DNA of 64,000 nt. Origin: an uncultured Planctomycetota bacterium. GTDB taxonomy: Bacteria > Planctomycetota > Planctomycetia > Gemmatales > Gemmataceae. Location of the stretch: contig CAWKHF010000002.1 of NCBI GenBank assembly GCA_963849325.1, positions 1 through 64,000 of the forward strand, written 5' to 3'. The notes beneath the pieces are model-generated. The model saw only the letters and a list, made by a program, of their open reading frames with translations. It did not search any database and was not told where the DNA came from. Position numbers and translations under genes: made by a program. Below are positions 1-10,294 of the stretch, piece after piece. The stretch's first letter is position 1. Each line of letters starts with the position of its first letter.

Positions 1-255
1 GACCACGCCGATCTGCGGGTGGCGCTGCCTGATGGCATGCGCCGCCTCGATGCCCTCGATCTTGTGACCTGGAGGCATCCGGATGTCGGTGAGAACGGCA
101 TCGGGCCTGAGCTGCCTGACCGCGGTGAGCAGCTCGTCACTGTTTCCCACCCCGGCCAGCACCTCGACCTCGCCAGAGTCCTCGAGCAGACGGCGGGTGC
201 CCTCGCGAACGAGGTAATTGTCTTCGGCGATCACGATCCGCAGCCGGTCAGCCAT
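1..255 (-). CDS. NarL/LuxR-family response regulator, N-terminal receiver domain (runs off the window edge)
   Basis: Manual translation from ATG at 255: MADRLRIVIAEDNYLVREGTRRLLEDSGEVEVLAGVGNSDELLTAVRQLRPDAVLTDIRMPP, with the ED acidic pocket and the phospho-Asp motif TDIRMP. Confidence 0.85.
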   Translation of the reverse strand, partial: MADRLRIVIAEDNYLVREGTRRLLEDSGEVEVLAGVGNSDELLTAVRQLRPDAVLTDIRMPPGHKIEGIEAAHAIRQRHPQIGVV

Positions 256-765
256 GAGTCGGCTCCCCGGCAGGCAGCCACGCGCTGACGCTAGTGCCCA
301 GCCTGGCATGAACCGCGGCGCCAGTGGTGGACCTGCTCGACGGCCTCGAGCACGGATCCGCCCTGCCCCGCGGCACCGCTACTGGCCGGCCACTGCCTGT
401 TCGCCCTCGGCGTCGTCCTGCTCGGCGCGTTGCGGTGTGGCGGGCCCGCATCACGCCGCGCTGGGCCGGGATCCTGATGGCCCTGTTGCCCGGTCTCCGA
501 TGTCGTGTTCTCCAGCGCCACCCGGCGACATCGGTTCCCTGGTAAGCAGACGCGATCGGGATCGTCGGATTCGGCGTCCTCGGATGGCGCCTGCTTCGCC
601 CGCACCGGACGCTTTGGTGGGATGAGGTGCCCGAGATCTCCCTGAACCGGTGCGCCGGGCGCGGCTCCCGTACAGGGATCTGACATACGGCTCCTCGCTT
701 CTGCGCCGGGTGGCTCAGGGCCTTCACATGGACGGCCACCCGGCGCAGTTCCGGTGCGCCGGGCG

Positions 766-1837
766 GTGAGCGGGCGGCGAGGTGATGCGTCCGTTCGGCC
801 AGGACCCGCTCCGGCTGGTCCAGGTGCGGGCCGTGGCCGGCGTCCTCGATGACCGCCTCGCGGTAGCGGCCGCCGGCCACCGCGTAGCCGGTCGGCGCCG
901 GCCCGGGTCTGCGCCACCATCGGCTGCGGCGGCCAGGCCTGTCTCGCCGGGCCAGCCGGGGATCGCGCCGATCGAGCCCAGGTAGCCCAGGTCGTACAGG
1001 GAGGTGTCGGAGACGATGACGTCGTCGGCGCCGCGCAGCCAGAGCACCGGCGGCTTGGGCTCCACCCCGGACAGGTCGGCGATCCGGAAGTGGGTGGGGG
1101 CCATGGTGTTGAGCACGCCGCGGTCGCCGGGCGCGAAGCCCGGCCAGGCGTCCACCGGGCGCGAGTCGCCCGGGTAGCTGTACTCGCCGACCCGGGTGGA
1201 CAGCATCGACTCCACGAAGATGTCCAGGTGCTCGGGCACGTGCGGCGGCTTGACGTAGTGCGCGAGCAGCACCTGCCGCGGCGACAGCGGGCTGTCGATC
1301 CGTGCGGTCCTGGCCCGCCAGCCGCTCCACGAACTCGCGGGTTGGCGGCGCCGCCGCCGGACCCGGCGCCCCACGGGTCGCACAGGATGCCGTCCAGGCC
1401 CCTGGTCCCGCCGAACCCGAACGGGGAGACCGGGTCGACCAGCGTCAGCGACGCGACCCGGTGCGTGCCCGGCCGGTCCGCCAGGTACTGCAGCACCACG
1501 CCGCCGCCCATGCTCCAGCCGACCAGGTGGACACCGAGTCGAGGCCGAGCGCCTCGACGGCGGCGGCCAGGTCGTCGGAGAAGTCGCGCAGCCCCGCGGG
1601 TGGCGTCGATCGGCTCGTCGTCGGTGTCGCCGAAGCCGCGCAGGTCGACGGCCAGCAGCCGGTACCGTTCGGGCAGCGCGAGCATCATCGGCTGCCAGAA
1701 CAGCGAGGACGACACGTTGCCGTGCACGAACAGCACCGGCGTGCTCCGGTGGCGCGCTTGGCCACCTCCAGGACGTTGACGGTGAGACGGCTGGTCGCCA
1801 CCCGTTCGGCAGCAATGCCCGGCAGCAACGTGTCCAT
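766..1837 (-). CDS. Alpha/beta hydrolase (several indels; 3' end approximate)
   Basis: Pieces in three frames: MDTLLPGIAAERV..., LFVHGNVSSS, AVDLRGFG, nucleophile GWSMGG, GADDVIV, catalytic His in DAGHGPHLDQPE. Confidence 0.8.
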
Positions 1838-1867
1838 GGGTCCTCCCGCGTGTGGCTCGCCAGGGTA

Positions 1868-2374
1868 CTAAGCGAAGCTGTGGCGTGTCTGGGCGAAGCG
1901 GCCCTGGCGAACGCGAGGATCTTGGCCGGCCGGACCTCGAACACCAGCGCCTCGACCCTCCGTCGCCGGGTTGCTCGAAGCGGCCGTCGCGGACCTGGAA
2001 CTGCCACTGCCATTTCCACTTTCTTGCCCAGGCCTGCGCGAGCCGGGTGAGCAGGGCGTCGTCGGTCGACCTGGACCGCGTCGCCCTCGGCGGCCACGTC
2101 GAGTCCCTCGTCCCAGCGGTGGCAGCCGGTCAGCAGCAGCACGTGCGGGTTGCCGCGCAGGTTGACGGCCTTCTGCTCACCGGCGCCGGTGCAGAAGTAG
2201 AGCGCGTCCGTCCAGCCACACGGCGACGAGCGGGGTGAGGTGTGGGCCGGCCGTCGGCGCGGACCGTGCAGATCCAGGACAGCTGGGCGTCCTCGAGGAT
2301 CCTGCGTGTCTCTTCCCAGCCTGCGGGCTTTGCGTCGGCGTCACTGAACCTGGGCGTCGAGCGTGCGTGCTCAC
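1868..2374 (-). CDS. Pyridoxamine 5'-phosphate oxidase-like (PPOX) family protein (indels)
   Basis: GTG start with a GGAGG RBS; WICTVRADGRPHLTPLVAVWLDG, QKAVNLRGNPHV, LVFEVRPAKILAF; TAG at 1868-1870. Confidence 0.75.
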
Positions 2375-3060
2375 CGGTGTTCCTCCGTTTCTGCGATGAG
2401 GCGGTCGATCCGGGTGACCGCGGCCAGCCCGGCCGCGGCCGGGCCTGTTGCGCATGACGGCCACCGCGAGGCCGGAGTCCACGTCGGCGTAGGCGGCCGA
2501 GCCGTTGGCACCGATCATGCCGAACGTCGAGCCGCGGCGCGACGGGATCCCGCCGGACGGTCCGGGCTGTAACCGAACGCCCAGCTCGTCGGGAAGCCCA
2601 TCACCTCGTCCATCCCCGTGAAGGCGACGGCGGCCATGGCCGCGAGCCGCTGGCTGGACGCGAGCTTCACGCCGCCCTGCTCGGGGTGGCCGAGCAGGGC
2701 GGAGTACATGCAGTGGCCGCGGCCCGGGCGGTCATCGTGCCGAGGGAGGGGATGTCGGCGGTGAGCACGTCGTCGCGGCGGCCGAGGCTGGCGGCGTCGC
2801 GGAGCGCGGGCGGGGTGGCCCGGTCGAGCGGTGAGCCCGGTTCTGGTGGCTGGGGTGGCTGCTGCGGCTCGGGTGGCCGCGCTAGCCGGGACGGCGGCGG
2901 GCAGCGGGACGGCGAAGAAGATCTCTTCCTCGACGCGGAGCGGACTGGTGAGCGCCTCCCGCACGAGCTAGGGTCACGGTCCCGGCCTGTGGCCCGGCGC
3001 ATGGTCTCGCCGAGCAGGAACCCGAAGGTGAGCGCGAGTTTGGTAGCCGACCGATACCCG
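2371..3060 (-). CDS. Serine hydrolase (beta-lactamase/EstA family), C-terminal part, 5' end cut at the poly-T junction
   Basis: LTFGFLLGETMRRATG, ADIPSLGTMTAR, FGMIGANGSAAYADVDSGLAVAVMRNR; its TGA overlaps the downstream GTG (GTGA). Confidence 0.7.
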
Positions 3061-3190
<130 letters not shown>

Positions 3191-3196
3191 GAATAT

Positions 3197-3334
3197 TTCA
3201 CCACGGAAAACACGGAAAGCACGGAAAAAATACAAAAAAGGTGGGATATTACATGATTTGATCGACTAATAGATTCAATAGACTCTCCCTATTAATTGTC
3301 TTTTTTCCGTGTTTTCCGTGTTTTCCGTGGTGAA
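3197..3334. repeat. Inverted-repeat element, family A (CACCACGGAANNCACGGAA arms, AT-rich centre)
   Basis: Arm TTCACCACGGAAAACACGGAAAGCACGGAAAAAA at 3197-3230; near-perfect reverse complement at 3301-3334. Confidence 0.9.
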
Positions 3335-3353
3335 ATGTTTTTGGGAATTGGGT

Positions 3354-5225
3354 ATGGCGCGGATTCAGCAGCTCTCGACACTCGTTGTCAACCAGATCGC
3401 CGCTGGCGAGGTCATCGAGCGGCCGGCAAGCGTCGTCAAGGAACTGCTGGAAAACGCCGTCGATGCCGGCAGCCGCCGCATCGACGTCGAGATCGAGCAG
3501 GGCGGCACCGACCTGATCCGCGTCGTCGATGACGGCTGCGGTATCGTCGCCGATGACCTGCCGCTGGCCTTCGCTAGCCATGCCACCAGCAAGTTGCAAT
3601 CGGCCGACGATCTCTTTCGCATCGAGACTTTGGGTTTCCGCGGCGAAGCGCTCGCCTCCATCGGCGGCGTGGCGCAGGTGGCCTTGCAATCTCGTCCGAC
3701 GGAGAAGTCATGCGGCGCTCAGGTCCGCTGCGATGGCGGCGAGTTGGGGCCGATACGGCCGTGGAACGGCTCACCGGGCACGCGCATCGAGGTACGCCAC
3801 CTGTTCTACAACACGCCGGTTCGCCGCAAATTCCTGCGCACACCCTCGACCGAGATGGGCCACATCAGCGAAGCCTTCACGCGGCTGGCACTGGCCCACT
3901 CCCCTTCGCTCCTCGACGCCAACGCGGAGCGCGGCGTCCATCCGAAGGGGCTGCATCTGACGCTGCGCCACAATAACAAGATGGTACATGACATCCCGGC
4001 CTCGGCCGTGCTGCTCGACCGCATCGCCGCCTTCTTCGGCCCCGAGGTGGGCAACCAGCTCTACGCCGTGCAGGCGCGGCAGGGACCGGCGATACTGACG
4101 GGCTACATCGCCGACCCGGCCTGCGAGCGCGGCACGGCGCGCATGCAATACCTGTTCGTCAACGGCCGCTGCATCCGCGACCGCAGCCTGGGCCACGCCA
4201 TCCAGGAAGCCTATCGCGGCCTGCTCATGACCGGACGCTACGCCGTGACGTTTCTCTTCCTCGATCTGCCGCCCGACCAGGTCGATGTCAACGTCCATCC
4301 GACCAAGGCCGAGGTGCGTTTCCGCGATGCCCAGGCCCTGCATCACCTCGTTTTCTCAACCCTCCGCGAGCGTCTGCGGGCCGCGAACCTCACCGCCCGG
4401 CTACAACTGCCCTCGACCATGCGGCCGACCGAAGCGCTCGGTGCCTCGCCGTCCGCCGGATTGTTCAACTCCTCCGCACCACCTTCTCAACCCGCGTCGC
4501 CCCTCGATCCGGCCCCGTGGTCGCTCTCCTCGCCGCCAATGAGCGAAGAAAAATCGGCTTTATCCTTTGCCTTACCGGCTACCCCGAGCGAACCGGGACT
4601 TGTCAACTCTCCGCCGATACCGCCACCGGTTGTCGCTCCGCCGGCAAATTTGCCGCCATCGAAGATCATTCAACTCTACGATTCGTATCTCGTCGTGGAG
4701 ACGGAGGAAGGTATGCTGGTCATCGACCAGCACGCCTTGCACGAGCGTATCCTGTTCGAGCAGATCAAGCGGCGCATCCGCTCGGGAGCGCTGGAGACAC
4801 AGCCGCTGCTCATCCCCGAGCCGGTCGAGTTGACGGCCGAGCAAGCGGCGCGAACGCTGGAGCACCGCGAGGCGCTGGCCGAGTTGGGGCTAGGAGTCGA
4901 GGACTTCGGTGGTGGTACCCTTCTCCTCACGAGCTATCCTGCCCTGCTCGGCCGCCGCTCGCCGCAGGCGATCCTCCGCGCCGTCGTCGATCACCTGGTT
5001 TCGCAGGAGCGCACGCCCAGCCGCGAAGTCCTCTTTAACGATCTGATGAGTTTGATGGCCTGCCACGCCGCTGTCCGTGCCGGCGATCGACTCACGCCGG
5101 AGCAGATGGCCTCCCTCGTCGAGCAGCGTGCTCTCGCCGACGACACCCACCACTGTCCGCACGGCCGACCGACCGCTCTGTTGTTCAGCCGCCACGACCT
5201 CGAACGCCAGTTCCGCCGTGTGTGA
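3354..5225 (+). CDS. mutL: DNA mismatch repair endonuclease MutL
   Basis: NQIAAGEVIERPASVVKELLENAVDAG, GFRGEAL, DVNVHPTKAEVRF, and endonuclease motifs DQHALHERILFE, ACH and CPHGRP. Confidence 0.98.
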   Translation: MARIQQLSTLVVNQIAAGEVIERPASVVKELLENAVDAGSRRIDVEIEQGGTDLIRVVDDGCGIVADDLPLAFASHATSKLQSADDLFRIETLGFRGEALASIGGVAQVALQSRPTEKSCGAQVRCDGGELGPIRPWNGSPGTRIEVRHLFYNTPVRRKFLRTPSTEMGHISEAFTRLALAHSPSLLDANAERGVHPKGLHLTLRHNNKMVHDIPASAVLLDRIAAFFGPEVGNQLYAVQARQGPAILTGYIADPACERGTARMQYLFVNGRCIRDRSLGHAIQEAYRGLLMTGRYAVTFLFLDLPPDQVDVNVHPTKAEVRFRDAQALHHLVFSTLRERLRAANLTARLQLPSTMRPTEALGASPSAGLFNSSAPPSQPASPLDPAPWSLSSPPMSEEKSALSFALPATPSEPGLVNSPPIPPPVVAPPANLPPSKIIQLYDSYLVVETEEGMLVIDQHALHERILFEQIKRRIRSGALETQPLLIPEPVELTAEQAARTLEHREALAELGLGVEDFGGGTLLLTSYPALLGRRSPQAILRAVVDHLVSQERTPSREVLFNDLMSLMACHAAVRAGDRLTPEQMASLVEQRALADDTHHCPHGRPTALLFSRHDLERQFRRV

Positions 5226-5237
5226 AGAAAAAAACAT

Positions 5238-5397
5238 TCACCACGGAAAGCACGGAATACACGGATAAAAAGACAAAGACCAAAAACAAGGCAGCAAGCA
5301 ATTCATTCCATTTTGTTGTGGAGTTCACTCCTGCCCAGCTTATGTATTCTCTTTTCTTTTTGTCTTTTTTCCGTGTATTCCGTGCTTTCCGTGGTGA
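5238..5397. repeat. Inverted-repeat element, family A
   Basis: TCACCACGGAAAGCACGGAATACACGGATAAAAGACAAA, with a complementary arm ending at 5397. Confidence 0.9.
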
Positions 5398-5487
5398 TCG
5401 GGTCTTTGACCTTTCCAAAATCGGGGGAATTGGTTCCAATCCGCTCGGTTCGCCCTGGCGCGCAGGTTCCGGGACCAGGTTCCCTCT

Positions 5488-8400
5488 ATGGCACAAGCAT
5501 CTTCTTCTCAACCGTCGGCCGCGGACAGCCCCGAGAGCACGTTGGCGACGGTGCGTCTGGAGGTGCGTTCGGCAGGCGGTCGGGCCAACGTCTACGAGGT
5601 CGGCGACAGCGGCTTCCTCATCGGCAGCGTTCCCGGCTGCGACCTCCGCCTGCCCGGCTCCAACCTACCCCCCGTCATTTGCCTGATCGCCCGCGGCGCC
5701 GCGGCCGCCACGTTGCGGCGCTGGCGCCCGTCTTGCCCATCCTCGTCAACGGCCGGGCGACCGCCTCCACCTACCTCGGCGAAGGCGATCGCGTGACCAT
5801 CGGCCCGGTCGAAATCGCCGTCACGGTCCTCCCCGGCGAGTCGGCGCCGGCCCTCGACGAGACCGCGCGGACGCGCATCGCCGAACGCGAACAGCAGCTA
5901 AACGAACAGCTCGAACAGTTGGAGACCGACCGCGTCCTCTGGTATCGCCGACGCGAAGAGATCGAGGGCGAGTGCCACCGGCAGGCCGAGGAGCTGCAGC
6001 AAGTGGTGCAGCGCTTGCAGCGACAGGAGCAGGAGCTGGAAGAGCGCGAGAAAGCGCTGGGAACGAGCCGGAGACGAGGTCACGCGGCGCTGGCAGGAGC
6101 TGGACGCGCTGGATGCGGGGCGCGGAAACACAACGAGGAAACGGCCTCGGTTCAGCGCGAATTGACGGAGATTCGCCAGCAGCTCTATCAGCGCTATCAC
6201 GAGCGGCGCGAGCGACTCATCAAGCAGCAGCAAGCGATCCACAAGGCGGCGCGGCGGCTGGCGCAGCGCAAGCAACGCCTCGACGCCGGCGAGGCGGACC
6301 TGGCGGCGCGACAGCAGGAGTGGGGACAGAAACAACTCGAAATCGAGGGTCGCGGCGAGCAGGTCGAGCGCGAACGGCAACTGCTGGACGAACAACATCG
6401 CCTCATCGTCAGCCGGCAGCAGGAAGTGCAGCGCGACCTGGGCGAGCGCTTCCAGCAATTGCAGACGCGCGAGGAGAAGGTGACGCAAGCCGAGGTCGAG
6501 CTGGAGAAGGGACAGAAACAGCACCAGGCCGACCTCGTCCGCCTCGACCGCATCCAGGCCATGCTCGAACAACGCCAGAAGCAATTGCGGATCACCGCCC
6601 AGGAGGTCGATCACCGCTACGAGCAGCTGCAGCGCGATACGCGCGACCTGGAGGAGCAGGCCGCCCAGCTCGACGAATGGCACAACCGCCTGATGAGCGA
6701 CACGGAGAGGCTGACGGAGCAGAAGAAAGAACAGGAAGCGGCGACAACCCGGCTGGAGGAGCGGGCGGCGGCGCTGGAGGGCCAGCAGGCGATGCTGACG
6801 ACCCTGCGCACTCGTCTGGAACGAATGCGCGAGGACCTGCGCCGCCAGGAGCAGGCGCTGAGCGATCAGCGCGTCTTGCAGGAGGCCAGCGAGGCGGACC
6901 TGCGCCAGCGTCAGGCCGAGGCGGAGAGGATCCGCGCCGAGGTGGACAACGATCGACAACTGTGGGAAGAGGAGCGACGTCGTTTCGAGGAGCGGCGCGC
7001 GACCCTGGAAGCAGCCGTCGCCCAGCTGCGGCAGGCGCGGGCGACGATGGAGTCCGAGGAAAATCAGTTCCGCGAGCAGCAAGACCAGGTGCGGGCCACC
7101 GCCGCCGAGCAGGCCGAACAGGTCGCCCTGCTGGCGGCACGGACGAGTCAACTCGGCGAAGAGAAACAACGGCTCGAAGCCGATGGGCAAGCGTTGCGCG
7201 AACGCGAGATGGCGCTGGTGCGGGCCGAGCAGACCCTCGCGGCCCTGCAAGAGCAGGTGCGCCGCCGCGTCGAGGAGCTGAACGAACGGCAGCGCCGGAT
7301 GGAGGAAGAAGAGCAGCGCGTCCGAGAAGAGACGGGCAAGCTGAGCGAACAGGCGAAGGACCTGGAAAACGACCGTCAGCTCGCCGATACACGCCTCAAC
7401 CTCGCCCGTCAGGAATTGGGTGCGCCGGCGCTGGAGCTGGATGGACAGCGCGGAAGGTCGCGGAGGACGAGGAGAAGCTGCGGGCCGAGAAGCAGAGCAT
7501 CGAGGAAGAGATGACCGACCTCGGTGAGCAGCGAAAGATGCTGGCTGCCGAGCGGCTCTCCTTCGAGGTCGAGCGGAAGAAGGGGCAAGAGGAGGCCGAA
7601 CGGACGCGAACCGAGGTGGACGAGACGCGGCGGGAGATCATCGAACTGGGCCGGCAGCTGCCGGAGCTGGAGGCGCGGGCGTCGTCGGCCGTGGACCGGC
7701 TGACGCAGGCACGCGAACAATTGCGCGAGCACCTGGCCGAGATCCACGAGTACGTCCGCCAGAGCCGCGCCGACCTGGAGGGAGTGCGCCGCGACTTCCA
7801 GGCCGACGTCGAGCGCGTGCGGCGTCAGGAAGCGGACCTGCACGCGGCCCGCGACGAGCATCGATTGGCGACCGCCGCCTTCCGCCAGCAGATCATCGAA
7901 TGGCAGGGCCGCATCACCGAACTGAAGCAGGAGCTGCGCCTGGACGAGACGCGGCTGCAACGGCGAGCCAGCGAGGTAGACGAACAAGCGCAGCAGATCG
8001 CCGACGTCTCGGCGAAGCTGGCCCAGCAGGCCGAACAGTTGCAGCATCAAGAGCGTCTCGTGATCGAGCGTCGCGGCGAAGTGGACCGCCACCTGATCGA
8101 AATGCGCGAGTGGTATCGCCGCAAGATGCGCGAGCTGGCCGGACTCGATGCCGGCGATCCGATAGCGCGCGAGGCAGCGCCCGCGCAGACGACCGGCGAG
8201 GGAGCGGAGCGCGGCATCCTGTCGCTGACGGGCGACGTCGATCCGGGCGACCGGCAGCTGGGCGATTTGCTGCGTTCGCTGGAGTTGATCGACGGCGACA
8301 CGTTGGCAGCGCTGCTGCTCGAAGCGCGGCGGCAGCGGCGCTCGTTGCGGCAACTGCTCCTGGCCGGCAATTACCTGACGCTGTACCAGATGGCCCTCAT

Positions 8401-9199
8401 CGAGGCGGGCAGCGTGGACGGCCTCGTGCTGGGTCCGGTGCGCGTCATCGACCGTTTGCAAGCGACGCCGCGCGAGGCCGTCTACCGTGTCTTCGATCCG
8501 CGCCGCAACCGCGAACTGCTGCTGCGCCACCTGGCCGAATCGGAGATGGACGACGCGGTTCGGCCCGATGAGTTCCGCCAGCGTTTTGCGGCGGCGGCGG
8601 CCGTGCGGCACGAAAACGTGGCCGCGACGCTGGAAGTACAGGACATCGCAGGTCGGCCGGCCGTGCTGCAAGAATGGCTGCACGGGCTGCCGAGCACCGA
8701 ATGGCCGGCCCTGACCGGCGCTCCCGGCGTCTGGTGCCGGCTGCTGTCGCAGGCCGCCCAGGCACTGCACGCGGCCCACTCGGCCGGACTGGTGCATGGC
8801 CACCTGCACGCAGCGTCGTTCGTCTTCACGCGCGACGGCATCCTGAAATTGTGTGGTCTCGGTGAGCCGCGCTGGCTGGCCGTGCCGGCGCCGCAGGAGG
8901 ACGGCGAGCCGTCGGTCGCCGCCGACCTCGCCGCGCTGGGCCACATCGCCGCCGGCTGGGCCGCCGTCACGCCGGCCGCCAAGGGCGGCAAGGTCAAGGG
9001 GTTGCCCAGCGTCCTGAGCACTGTCCTGGGACGCTTCCACCACGAGAACGAGGCCAAGCGCTACGCCAGCAGTGCGGCGCTGCTGGAAGACCTCGACCGT
9101 GCTGCCGACGACGTGCCGGCCAACGCCGCCGCCTGGGAGCGCTTCGTCCACCAGGTCCGCGAAGAGTCCACCGCCACCACCCTGCGCGAGTCGGCGTAA
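5488..9199 (+). CDS. FHA domain + very long coiled coil + degenerate Ser/Thr-kinase-like domain (about 1230 aa, three apparent indels)
   Basis: ORFs 5488-5796, 5313-7514 and 5972-9199 join up. FLIGSVPGCDLRL...ILVNG...LGEGDRVTIGP (FHA), an E/Q/R/L-rich heptad region, then RHENV...VLQEWLHG...LHAAHSAGLVHGHL...LKLCGLG. Confidence 0.75.
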
Positions 9200-9200
9200 C

Positions 9201-9319
9201 AAAAAACAGCCTCACGCCAAGGCGCAAAGGACGCAACGAAAAGAGAAGAAACAATCTTATTGTCCTCTTTTTGTATCTTTCTTTGCGTCCTTTGCGCCTT
9301 TGCGTGAGGCTGTTTTTTT
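9201..9319. repeat. Inverted-repeat element, family B (CCTCACGCCAAGGCGCAAAG arms)
   Basis: AAAAAACAGCCTCACGCCAAGGCGCAAAGGACGCAA and a near-complementary arm TTGCGTCCTTTGCGCCTTTGCGTGAGGCTGTTTTTT. Confidence 0.9.
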
Positions 9320-9434
9320 CTACCTCGGCGCAGGCGAACCCCGTCGCCCTCCGTATATTTGTGTGCATCGAGCCGGACGGAGACCTCCGCGGGAGGCCGC
9401 CGTCGGCTCCCTGGCACCATAAGGGAGTTGATTC

Positions 9435-9839
9435 ATGGCTGATTTTCGCAAGCTGGCCCTGGAGGCGATCCTCGCCGACGGGGAGATCGACGACACCGAG
9501 GTCAAGGTGTTGCAAAAGGAACTGTGGGCCGACGGCAAGATCGACGCCAAGGAGGTCGAATTCCTGATCGAACTGCGCAACAGCGCCCAAAAGAAGGCCA
9601 AGGCGAAGAAGATCGAGGTCAATCCCAAGTTCGAGACGCTGTTTTTCAAGGCCATCGAGCAGAACGTGCTGCGCGACGGCCGCATCACGACCAAGGAATC
9701 CGGCTGGCTCCGCAAGATGCTCTTCGCCGACGGCAAGATCGACGACAACGAGAAGAAGTTCTTGACCCGGATCAAGAAGGCGGCCACCAAGACCAGCCCG
9801 GACTTCGAGCAGCTTTGTCAGGAATGCCTCGCCCACTGA
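9435..9839 (+). CDS. TerB-like (tellurite-resistance family) small helical protein
   Basis: Repeated ADGxIDxxE motifs (ADGEIDDTE, ADGKIDAKE, RDGRITTKE, ADGKIDDNE); RBS GGGAG upstream. Confidence 0.7.
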   Translation: MADFRKLALEAILADGEIDDTEVKVLQKELWADGKIDAKEVEFLIELRNSAQKKAKAKKIEVNPKFETLFFKAIEQNVLRDGRITTKESGWLRKMLFADGKIDDNEKKFLTRIKKAATKTSPDFEQLCQECLAH

Positions 9840-9914
9840 CCCGCCCGAACCGAGAGGCACATGGAGGGAAGAGACCACACGCATCCCGTGAAGTGGGAGC
9901 GGACATAGACTCGC

Positions 9915-9952
9915 AAAGCTCCCGCGGCCTCGGAAGCTCGCGGGGGCTTTTT
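9915..9952 (+). terminator. Rho-independent terminator
   Basis: AAAGCTCCCGCG (9915-9926) pairs with CGCGGGGGCTTT (9939-9950); the right arm ends in a T5 run. Confidence 0.7.
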
Positions 9953-10046
9953 CCTGCGCCGAGGGCGGGTTTCATTTGCCTAGGTGAAAAACTGGCGAAC
10001 CTGTCGATCCCTTTCCGCGTCTTTTCTTTCGGCGAGTTGAGGCAAC

Positions 10047-10118
10047 GTCCCGGTGGTGTAGCGGAGAACATCGGCCTCTCCTAAGGGCCGGTCCCTGGTT
10101 CAAATCCAGGCCGGGATA
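10047..10118 (+). tRNA. tRNA-Arg(CCU); CCA not encoded
   Basis: Acceptor GTCCCGG/CCGGGAT; D arm GTGT-AGCGGAGA-ACAT; anticodon stem GGCCT/GGGCC with loop CT-CCT-AA; T arm CCTGG-TTCAAAT-CCAGG; discriminator A10118. Confidence 0.93.
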
Positions 10119-10142
10119 CTGACAACGACGCGATCACGAATC

Positions 10143-10283
10143 AGACCGACTGCCGGTTCGGAGTACATCGTAACGTGCAGGTTGTGGGTTCGAGTCCCAC
10201 CCGCGCGACTCGTTTCGGCGAGGCGTGCGGTAGCTCAACGGATAGAGCAGCACGCCCACTCTGGCCAAAACCCTCGTCGGTCT
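10143..10283 (+). ncRNA. yrlA: Y RNA, YrlA-like, with a circularly permuted tRNA-mimic domain
   Basis: Terminal stem AGACCGAC/GTCGGTCT; CGGAGT/ACTCTG; CGTGC/GCACG; T arm GTGGG-TTCGAGT-CCCAC, then a loop-closed acceptor CCGCGCG/CGTGCGG, then TA + D arm GCTC-AACGGATA-GAGC. Lies upstream of a Ro60 gene. Confidence 0.88.
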
Positions 10284-10294
10284 CCTGAAACCAC

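Noticed and set aside
248-620. Sensor histidine kinase upstream of the response regulator
   Set aside because: Only a short C-terminal-like GTSVSAWLP stretch is suggestive; no H-box or continuous frame could be recovered.
2371-3060. Duplication of the serine hydrolase at 39798-40988
   Set aside because: Same family but not a near-identical sequence, and the two copies are probably from different organisms.
9840-9914. Possible small RNA between the TerB-like gene and the terminator
   Set aside because: Only a short CCC/GGG hairpin is visible; there is no recognisable family or promoter, and it is explained as a 3' UTR.
9993-10010. Sigma-54 (RtcR-type) promoter upstream of the tRNA/Y-RNA unit
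   Set aside because: TGGC is present, but the -12 position reads GA rather than GC, and no rtcR is in the window.
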